From Ruminococcus sp. (GTDB taxonomy: Bacteria; Bacillota; Clostridia; Oscillospirales; Acutalibacteraceae): DNA of 64,000 bases. The stretch's first letter is position 1. Each line of letters starts with the position of its first letter. Shown in pieces: positions 38,344 to 45,324 of the stretch. The notes beneath the pieces are model-generated. The model did no database searches. It was not told the DNA's origin and saw only the letters and a list, made by a program, of their open reading frames with translations. The DNA lies in the NCBI GenBank assembly GCA_045539655.1, contig JAZQFT010000010.1:10884-74883 (forward strand). The letters run 5' to 3'. A program made the position numbers and the translations under genes.

Positions 38344-38723
38344 ATACGCTGAGAATTCTGAAAGGTAAGGATATCACTATTTCAGTAGATGGCACGGTGC
38401 TGTGCTTTGTGACAGATTTTGTCGCACAAGAAAGTGAAGAAAGATACGAAATAAAGGAGTTTCTGAGTAGCGAGCCTGTGGACAGCGTGGAGCTCAAAAA
38501 AAGCTATGAGCTCAAAATCACAGCACTCACACATTTCAATAAAAAAGTGTTTGAAAAACAGCCTTTTACGCTGAGAGTGTGCGATGGAGATACTGAGTAT
38601 GAGTACATTTCATGTCGACTCAAAAACAGTGTTCGTGACGTGAATGCGAGCAAGACTATCGTTGATAAATACACTATAGTTGCGCAGGATATGAAGGTGT
38701 TGGAGGGTCAGTATGAGCGATAA
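38340..38723 (+). CDS. Tail tube protein (XkdM/contractile-tube-like)
   Basis: 127 aa; GKDITISVDG..EIKEF..YELKIT..FTL..Y..C pattern resembling PBSX XkdM-type tubes; synteny. Confidence 0.55.
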   Translation: MNTLRILKGKDITISVDGTVLCFVTDFVAQESEERYEIKEFLSSEPVDSVELKKSYELKITALTHFNKKVFEKQPFTLRVCDGDTEYEYISCRLKNSVRDVNASKTIVDKYTIVAQDMKVLEGQYER

Positions 38724-38865
38724 TATAGAAAACATACTGGTAAAAGAAAAGGCGGATGTGCTCAGTAGCTTTGATTCGGTTTATAGCATAATGGAAATGT
38801 TTGAGCGTGATGCTCGTCGTTTCAACAGGGCGTTTTCTGAAGAAAAAGAGGTGAGCGTAAAATGA
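38713..38865 (+). CDS. 50-aa ORF in the tape-measure position (not in ORF track)
   Basis: MSDNIENILVKEKADVLSSFDSVYSIMEMFERDARRFNRAFSEEKEVSVK; GGAGG RBS; overlaps both neighbours (ATGA coupling with 38862). Confidence 0.7.
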   Translation: MSDNIENILVKEKADVLSSFDSVYSIMEMFERDARRFNRAFSEEKEVSVK

Positions 38866-39380
38866 AGCTTGTTCCAATGAGATTTATGGGATATATGTGG
38901 CATCACAACCCTAAGTCGCTCAATATAGAAAGCGACAAAAAGGTCGTGAGGCTGAGCGTTCCGTACAGCTTTGATATTGTTCAGAATTTTGGCGAGAGCC
39001 CTGTGAAGATAACAGGCACAGGTGAGCTGTATTCTAAAGACTGTTTGAGTCAGTTTGAACGGCTCAATGAGCTGTTCAAAAAGGGTGAGTGCGGTGTTTT
39101 GTGTTTGCCGGGGGTTTCGCCGATGTATGCGTGTTTTGACACACTGACTTTGATAGCACAGCCGACACCTGATGTGCTTACATATAGCTTTTCTTTTACT
39201 CAGGTAAAAAGAAGACCCAAGTGTGATGGTGTTACACGATATGCAGATGCCGGCGCATATCGCTCGCTATGGGAGGTTGCACGAGATTATAACGCAGATA
39301 TTAAAACGTTGATAAAGCTCAATCCTCATATTATGTTTATCAACGATTTGTCAGACGCAGAAAGGGTGAGAGTATGCTGA
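38862..39380 (+). CDS. Baseplate tube-initiator (Mu gp43/DNA_circ_N-like) with C-terminal LysM
   Basis: N-terminal MRF.GY.W.HNP; C-terminal SLWEVARDYN..I..L..LNP.I LysM pattern. Confidence 0.65.
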   Translation: MKLVPMRFMGYMWHHNPKSLNIESDKKVVRLSVPYSFDIVQNFGESPVKITGTGELYSKDCLSQFERLNELFKKGECGVLCLPGVSPMYACFDTLTLIAQPTPDVLTYSFSFTQVKRRPKCDGVTRYADAGAYRSLWEVARDYNADIKTLIKLNPHIMFINDLSDAERVRVC

Positions 39381-40303
39381 GATTTGAATTCACTGATATT
39401 TATGACAAGGTAGTTACTTTGAAAAATCCGCTTTCGCTGGTTATCAACATTGAAGAAGATGTTCCCGCAGATGATATGACGGTTGTTTTTGAGTATTTCG
39501 AGACCTCTGAGCTCAAAGAGGTCAGAGTTTTTGATGAAAACGAGGTAGTCTTTACGGGCGTTGTGGACGAAATCAGCAGCGTGTGTGATAGCACGGGCAG
39601 ACTCATGAAAATTGTGTGTCGCAGCATGGCCGCAAAGCTGCTAGATAATGAGAGTGTTCCTATCAGCTACAACAGACCAAGCGTGTCGGTCATTGCTACG
39701 AATCACATAAAACCGTTCGGACTTCTTTGTGCTAGCACAGAAGACACTACATATATTGGTACTCAGACCGTACCAAAAGGAGCGAGCAACTGGCAGGCGG
39801 TGTCGGATTTTTCGAAGAACGTGTATAGCACAGCGCCCAGGGTGAATGCCCGTGGTGAGGTTGAATTCTGTGATAAAAAGGATAAAGAGAAAGTCGTGTT
39901 TTCTAACAGCGAGGGTATCAGCTATATAAGCCTTACTGAAACCATAAAGCGATGTGAAGAAATTTCTAAAGTTTATATCAAGGTGATAAATTCATCAGGC
40001 TATAACAATACTATCGAAAACGCTGATGCACTCAAAAGAGGCATAGAGCGAGAGCGATATTTGAACGCTGTTATGACCGACACACCTGCTCAGTGTGCTG
40101 ACAAAATGATAAAAAATGGTCGGGATAAGTCGTATGTCGTGACACTTACTTGTGTGGGCAGACACCTGAATATATTTGCACATCCAGCTGTGGTGAAGGA
40201 TAAAAAGCTGTGCTTTGATGATTTGTACATCAGTGCTCTGAGATATCAGCTCAACTCAAAAAACGATGTGACTACAGTCACTCTCAAGAGAAAGGAAGTA
40301 TAG
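39374..40303 (+). CDS. Baseplate hub (Mu gp44/XkdQ-like)
   Basis: 309 aa; VVFTGVVDE...CRS.AAKLLDNE pattern; synteny. Confidence 0.65.
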   Translation: MLRFEFTDIYDKVVTLKNPLSLVINIEEDVPADDMTVVFEYFETSELKEVRVFDENEVVFTGVVDEISSVCDSTGRLMKIVCRSMAAKLLDNESVPISYNRPSVSVIATNHIKPFGLLCASTEDTTYIGTQTVPKGASNWQAVSDFSKNVYSTAPRVNARGEVEFCDKKDKEKVVFSNSEGISYISLTETIKRCEEISKVYIKVINSSGYNNTIENADALKRGIERERYLNAVMTDTPAQCADKMIKNGRDKSYVVTLTCVGRHLNIFAHPAVVKDKKLCFDDLYISALRYQLNSKNDVTTVTLKRKEV

Positions 40304-40304
40304 T

Positions 40305-40640
40305 ATGTGGCTACTTGATTATGTTACAAAAAACTCATTTCAAAAAGATGATATCAGTTGTGGCGATGTTACCTCGAGCAACATGGGTGTTGTTGCGGTC
40401 AACTCATCTCTTGAGCATCGTGATGTTCCCATTGTTGCACCGTTCGGGGTAGCGTACAATCCGCCGGTGGGAGAAAAGTCAGTGGTGCTACCGCTGCAAG
40501 ATGGCAGAGCGTGTGTCGGGGTTATCGCTCCGTATAAGATGCTCGAACCGGGCGAAGTGATGCTTTTTTCAAAAGGCGGTGCGTCGATAGTGCTGAAAAA
40601 CGACGGCACTGTACTCATAAACGGGAAGGTGTATGAGTAG
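40305..40640 (+). CDS. Baseplate spike (Mu gp45-like), short
   Basis: APFG...PPVGE..VVL..LEPGEV.LFS.GG..I.L..DG.V.ING. Confidence 0.7.
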   Translation: MWLLDYVTKNSFQKDDISCGDVTSSNMGVVAVNSSLEHRDVPIVAPFGVAYNPPVGEKSVVLPLQDGRACVGVIAPYKMLEPGEVMLFSKGGASIVLKNDGTVLINGKVYE

Positions 40641-40983
40641 TATGGATGTAAAAATAGAGAACAAGGATATAGCAACAGATAGCTGTTATTCTCCGCTTTA
40701 TATACAGGGCATCGAAGAAATAGCCCAGCGGGTAAAAATTGCGTGCACAATAAAAAAAGGCAGCTTTGTTTATGATGCTAACCTCGGCAGCTTTGCTCAC
40801 ACAGTTGATCTGAGTGATGATATGGCACAAGAAAAGCTCGAGATGATTTTCAAGGAAGCTACGATAGACATTCCATATACGACTCTCAGAATAACCAAAC
40901 TTGATAAAGGCAACAAAATAGCAGTGGTAGAAGTAGTGTGTGGTGAAGAAAGTGTATTGACGGAGGTGATTGTTGATGGATAG
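40633..40983 (+). CDS. Baseplate wedge gp25/gp46-like (XkdS-like)
   Basis: MDV.I..D..G.EE.AQRV.I....KGSFVYD..LGS. Confidence 0.65.
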   Translation: MSSMDVKIENKDIATDSCYSPLYIQGIEEIAQRVKIACTIKKGSFVYDANLGSFAHTVDLSDDMAQEKLEMIFKEATIDIPYTTLRITKLDKGNKIAVVEVVCGEESVLTEVIVDG

Positions 40984-42040
40984 CTACGAAGAAATACTTT
41001 CTAGAATGAAAAGTAAGTATGAAGAGCTTTCTCAAAGCAGTATCAGTGAAGAATCGGATATTATGCTAAGGCTCAAGGTGCTTTCTGCACAAGTGTACAA
41101 CAACCTTGTAGCACAAGAATTTTTGAAGCGTCAGATGTTTGCAACAACAGCGACAGGCGAGTATCTGGACAAGCATGCTATGGAGCGTGGACTTCAGCGT
41201 AAAGGTGCAGTGAAAGCTACAGGAGTGGTGACTTTCTGGGCTGATCAGGCACTTACAAACGACATATGGATACCAAAGGGTGTGGTAGTATCAACTAACG
41301 GACCTGATGTGAAAAAATTTGTGACTACCGAAGTAGCACTTCTGAATAAAAACGAGGTGTCAGTTATGGTTCCTGTAGAGGCCCAAGAGGGCGGTGAGGA
41401 CTACAACGTGGTGGCAAGTAGCGTCAAGGTGCTGGTGACTCCACCTGTTGGCATAACTTCTGTCACAAATAAAAAGGCGTTCACCGGTGGGCTGAACGCT
41501 GAAACTGATGAAGAGCTCAGAGAGCGTGTGCTGTATAGTTACAAAGATATTCCTAACGGCACTAACGAAGTGTACTACAGACGACTTGCGGAGTCGGTTT
41601 TGGGCGTGTATTCAGCGTCCGTTGTGTCACAACAGCGTGGCAGTGGCACAATAGACATCTATGTAAGTGGCAAAGGCGAAAAAGCAGGCAGTGAAGTGGT
41701 ATCAAAGGTTCAGAAGCTCATTGATGAAAACCGAGAGATAAACGTTGACGTGAAAGTCAGCGAGGCGACTGTTTCTGCTGTCAGCTACACGCTGGAGCTC
41801 ACTGTCGAAGACGGATACAGTTTTTCTTCTGTGTCAAACAAAGTGAAGGACAAGCTTTCTGAGTACATAATATCCTTAGGAATCTCAGAGCCTATTTTGC
41901 TCAGCGATCTGGGTGACATTGTTTATCACACACAGGGAGTGAAAAACTACAGCTTTGTGGACACGTTTAGCTATGATGTGTATCCGCACCAGAACGAACG
42001 ATGCGAAGTGGAAAGCATAGAGATTTGGCAGGTGAAATAA
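40970..42040 (+). CDS. Baseplate J/gp47 protein (XkdT-like)
   Basis: TATGEYLDKHA..RGLQRK.A, GG..AETDEELRER, GT....Y.., RGSGTIDIYV. Confidence 0.9.
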   Translation: MLMDSYEEILSRMKSKYEELSQSSISEESDIMLRLKVLSAQVYNNLVAQEFLKRQMFATTATGEYLDKHAMERGLQRKGAVKATGVVTFWADQALTNDIWIPKGVVVSTNGPDVKKFVTTEVALLNKNEVSVMVPVEAQEGGEDYNVVASSVKVLVTPPVGITSVTNKKAFTGGLNAETDEELRERVLYSYKDIPNGTNEVYYRRLAESVLGVYSASVVSQQRGSGTIDIYVSGKGEKAGSEVVSKVQKLIDENREINVDVKVSEATVSAVSYTLELTVEDGYSFSSVSNKVKDKLSEYIISLGISEPILLSDLGDIVYHTQGVKNYSFVDTFSYDVYPHQNERCEVESIEIWQVK

Positions 42041-42600
42041 TGGACACATATGTTTCGATGAAAGAAGCTCTGTATCCACTTGATATATATAGCTTTGATG
42101 ACACAAATATCTCATATGAGCTGATGGCGTACAGCGTGGTGCTCGATGAGCTCAACAGCGAGCTGTGCACTATGCTTTCAGAGTGTTTTGTGCAAAGCGC
42201 AAGTAGCTACGGATTGTCAGAGCGAGAGATTGTTGTCGGCGCACAAAGAGATGATTTGAGCATACAAGAGCGTCGTGAAATGCTAATGCTCAGAAACAGC
42301 CTTGATAACAACAGCTTTACTTTGTCAAAAATAAAAAATGCGCTGAAAAGTTTTGGCCTTTCTTGTAATGTGTATGAGTACCCAAATCAGTTTGTGATAG
42401 TTCTGGATGCGATAGGTACCTACAAAAGTGAGCAAAAGGCGTGGATACGAGCTGAAGTACAAAAAATTATGCCTGCTCACCTTCAGGTACAGGTCATTTT
42501 CGGCGGACCTTCGTGGGATACAATAGATCAAAATAACAACACCTACGCATATCTGGACTCAGTTGATATGACGTGGGACAGTATAGATAACTTAGAATAA
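42040..42600 (+). CDS. Baseplate wedge protein (DUF2313/YmfQ, gp48/XkdU-like)
   Basis: F...A...GL..RE, ..ERR..L, ..IMPAHL.V motif. Start at 42040. Confidence 0.8.
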   Translation: MDTYVSMKEALYPLDIYSFDDTNISYELMAYSVVLDELNSELCTMLSECFVQSASSYGLSEREIVVGAQRDDLSIQERREMLMLRNSLDNNSFTLSKIKNALKSFGLSCNVYEYPNQFVIVLDAIGTYKSEQKAWIRAEVQKIMPAHLQVQVIFGGPSWDTIDQNNNTYAYLDSVDMTWDSIDNLE

Positions 42601-42610
42601 GGAGGATGTT

Positions 42611-43078
42611 ATGGCTTCAACTTCATATACAAAAAATCTTGGGCTGTGTGCGTGGAACAGCTCGGACAGACCCAAGCGAATGGACTTTGTACAGGATAAT
42701 AATATCATTGACACAAAGCTCGGCGAGCATCTTGTGGACAGCTCAATTCACGTGACAGCAAAAGAAAAAGAAGCTATCGCTTCGCCGTATAAAGTGGTCA
42801 CTTATGTTGGTGACGGAAAAGCTCAAAAGACAATTTCGTTGGATAACAGCTATACGTATGCCATAGTGTTCCAGAAGTTTTACCCGCCTGTTGAAATGGA
42901 TGCAAGTGGAAACGCAGTGACACGTTTTGCTGTTGTAGGCAGGGTGTTCGGCTCCAATGCTGATGTTGTGCTGAAAAGCGATTCGATTGTTGTTGTGCAA
43001 GGGGCATCAGTAACACAGGGTATGATAAATAATTTTAACGAAGAAGAGGGACAGTATGTGATCTTGCTGTTCAAGTGA
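42611..43078 (+). CDS. Short tail fibre / receptor-binding-like protein
   Basis: N-terminal T.NLGL..W...D.....DF..N..IID..L is a common fibre-anchoring motif; last gene of the operon. Confidence 0.55.
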   Translation: MASTSYTKNLGLCAWNSSDRPKRMDFVQDNNIIDTKLGEHLVDSSIHVTAKEKEAIASPYKVVTYVGDGKAQKTISLDNSYTYAIVFQKFYPPVEMDASGNAVTRFAVVGRVFGSNADVVLKSDSIVVVQGASVTQGMINNFNEEEGQYVILLFK

Positions 43079-43087
43079 TAAAAACAA

Positions 43088-43116
43088 AAAAGCACCTACC
43101 GTTTTGGTAGGTGCTT
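43088..43116. terminator. Terminator closing the particle operon
   Basis: AAGCACCTACC-gtttt-GGTAGGTGCTT between convergent genes. Confidence 0.8.
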
Positions 43117-43123
43117 TGTGCTT

Positions 43124-43978
43124 TTAGTGACGTGAAACGTATCTTCTAGGAAGATCTATTTCAGCGGTGTCAGCTTTGTAGCGCTTTCTTTGAGAGTAAG
43201 GTGTGTTGGAGCTTGAGTAACGCTTTCTCTGGTAGTGCTTGTTGTAGTCACTTTGAGTAGGAAAGTCAGAAAAGTCACCGTAGTCGTCTCTTGGACGCTC
43301 GTGCTCACGTCGACGCTGTCTTTGTTCTCTCATTTTCAGGGCTTTGAGCTTTTTCTTGTATGTAGCTGTGGCAATGATGAAATACAAAATGCCAATCAGC
43401 GACAGTCCGATGAGGATAAGACCGGTGTAGATGATCCACTGACCGTTGTCGTCTGCTTCTTTGTTTTCTTTGATAGCAGAAAAGTCGGCGGTATCACTTT
43501 CGGCTTTGGAAGTATCCAGAACAATATCGTCCCACTTGGACTCTTTGAGTTCTTCTTTGTCCAAGGTGGAGGTATCGTACAAGTCTGTGTAGTCGGAAAC
43601 GCTACCTGCTGTGTCTTCGAGGTTATTGACCATCTCGTCCTCATCATAGTAGTAGTAACCGTCTTCGTTAGTGTAAGAGTCGACATAACCGCCTGTTGTA
43701 GGTTCTTCGATATATCCGGCGTTTTCGTCGATGGTTGGCTCGACGTAAGTGTCGTCGTAATCGCTTTCAGGTGCCTGTGTAGCAGGCTCAGGCTCAACAA
43801 CCGGTGCTTCAGTCGCTACAGGAACCTCAGGTTCCGGCGCCGGAGAAGAGGTCGGAATCACAGCCGGAGGATTCGGGTCCGGAGTTACTTCGCCTGTGGC
43901 ATTTGCTGTGAGCGAGAACACACATATGCTTAGTATGAGTGCAGTGATTACACAGAGTATTCTGATTATTCTATTCAC
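43124..43978 (-). CDS. Single-pass membrane protein with acidic Pro-rich disordered ectodomain
   Basis: Signal peptide, P/E/D/Y-rich region, TM helix WIIYTGLILIGLSLIGILYFII, basic cytoplasmic tail. Confidence 0.7.
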   Translation of the reverse strand: MNRIIRILCVITALILSICVFSLTANATGEVTPDPNPPAVIPTSSPAPEPEVPVATEAPVVEPEPATQAPESDYDDTYVEPTIDENAGYIEEPTTGGYVDSYTNEDGYYYYDEDEMVNNLEDTAGSVSDYTDLYDTSTLDKEELKESKWDDIVLDTSKAESDTADFSAIKENKEADDNGQWIIYTGLILIGLSLIGILYFIIATATYKKKLKALKMREQRQRRREHERPRDDYGDFSDFPTQSDYNKHYQRKRYSSSNTPYSQRKRYKADTAEIDLPRRYVSRH

Positions 43979-44032
43979 AATATCACTCCCTGTTTAAAGT
44001 GTGCAGTTTGTGTAAAAATATGAGTCGGGTTA

Positions 44033-45187
44033 TTATGCCTCAAACATTTCCGGACTGTACTTTTTAACAGCACGGCTGATTGTGATATCAAGCTCGTTAG
44101 CAAGATTTTCGATGTAAGAAGTGAACTCTTCACCCTTGAAGCTCTGTAGTACAGATTTTCTGTTAGCTTCGTCTTCGATGTAGTTCTTAGTTTGCTCTTT
44201 GATAGCTTCTTTGTAGAAGAAGTAGATAACCTGTGAGTCTTCTTCGCCGATGATTTCATAAGATGCAGTGTTTTCATCGAGCTTTTCGATGGCTACTACG
44301 AGATCTTCGCCGATAGCGCTGTCAGCCATGATCTCGACATTAGATGTGCCCTGCTCGCCCTCGAGGTTGTTATCCTTTGCGTAAGTATCGAGTACGTCTT
44401 TGATGTCGCCACCGTTGTTGATGGTGTCAACATAGCTCTGGTACTGGTCTTTCTTATTGCTGATCTCTTTCTTTGAGAGAGCCTTGTTGGAAGACAGTGC
44501 ATCGCCTTCTTCAGAAGTTTCTTCTACAGTTTCGTAGAGGTTTGTATTGAAGTATGTGTAGCTTGTGTAGTTTTGTTCGAAGTACTCTGTGAGCTCTTTG
44601 TCAGAAACAGCCTTTTCGCCGTCTTTGCCATAGAGCATGTCAAATACGATTTCCTGCTTAGCAGAAGTGATGTAGAAGTATTTGAAAGAGTCGTATGAAA
44701 CGCCGAGTGGCTCGAAGATGTCCTTGTAAGGGTTGATGTACTGTTCGCCGTACATTGAGTAGTATGGGCCGTACTCCCAGTACTCTTTTGCAGAAGCTTC
44801 GTAGCCCTGCTGTGTAGCTTCGTCGATAGTAGCACCAAGTCTGTTGAATTCGTGCTCAACAGCGAGAAGGTTCTTCACAGTAGCGTCAGCCTGATCAGCG
44901 ATCCACTGGTCAGCAGTAGCTGTGACGCCGTCTTCGTCAGTGATCTGAACATCGAGGAAAGACTTGTCGCCGTCGTATGTGCCGGCCTCTGAGTCATAGC
45001 CTTCTGTTTGCTGTGCAAGTGATTCAGCCTGTGAGTATGCTGTGTACAAAGCATAGATGTAAACGCCGATAGCAAGCTCAGTATCATCAGTTTTGTATGA
45101 ATACTGAGGTGTGAGTGAACATGCTGCTGTTGAAAGTGCGATAACAAAAACAAGAATTACCGCAAGAAGTTTAGTAAAGTTTTTCAT
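44033..45187 (-). CDS. Lipoprotein, probably PrsA/SurA-like foldase
   Basis: Lipobox TAAC; helical; position downstream of mfd as is common in Clostridia. Confidence 0.6.
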   Translation of the reverse strand: MKNFTKLLAVILVFVIALSTAACSLTPQYSYKTDDTELAIGVYIYALYTAYSQAESLAQQTEGYDSEAGTYDGDKSFLDVQITDEDGVTATADQWIADQADATVKNLLAVEHEFNRLGATIDEATQQGYEASAKEYWEYGPYYSMYGEQYINPYKDIFEPLGVSYDSFKYFYITSAKQEIVFDMLYGKDGEKAVSDKELTEYFEQNYTSYTYFNTNLYETVEETSEEGDALSSNKALSKKEISNKKDQYQSYVDTINNGGDIKDVLDTYAKDNNLEGEQGTSNVEIMADSAIGEDLVVAIEKLDENTASYEIIGEEDSQVIYFFYKEAIKEQTKNYIEDEANRKSVLQSFKGEEFTSYIENLANELDITISRAVKKYSPEMFEA

Positions 45188-45324
45188 AATTTTTTCCGTC
45201 CTTTGAAAGTATTAAACGTACTAAGTAATTATACATAAAAAAGTAGATTTTGTCTACATATTGTGCAAAAAAAAGCAAATCTTCACAAAATATACACAAT
45301 AAAAATGGATTTTAGGAGCATAAA

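Larger units (their letters stand above)
31900..43078 (+). other. Domesticated phage-like particle (GTA-like) operon
   Basis: 17 co-oriented, abutting or overlapping, uninterrupted morphogenesis ORFs. No recognisable integrase, repressor, replication, sheath, long tape-measure, holin or endolysin gene between the flanking host genes. No obvious att repeats. Confidence 0.7.

Noticed and set aside
31900-43078. Interpretation as an ordinary intact prophage, PICI/satellite or tailocin
   Set aside because: No integrase, repressor, replication or lysis genes or att repeats (against prophage and PICI). It has a full head and packaging module and lacks a sheath (against tailocin). A recently decayed prophage cannot be fully excluded, but no pseudogenes are visible.
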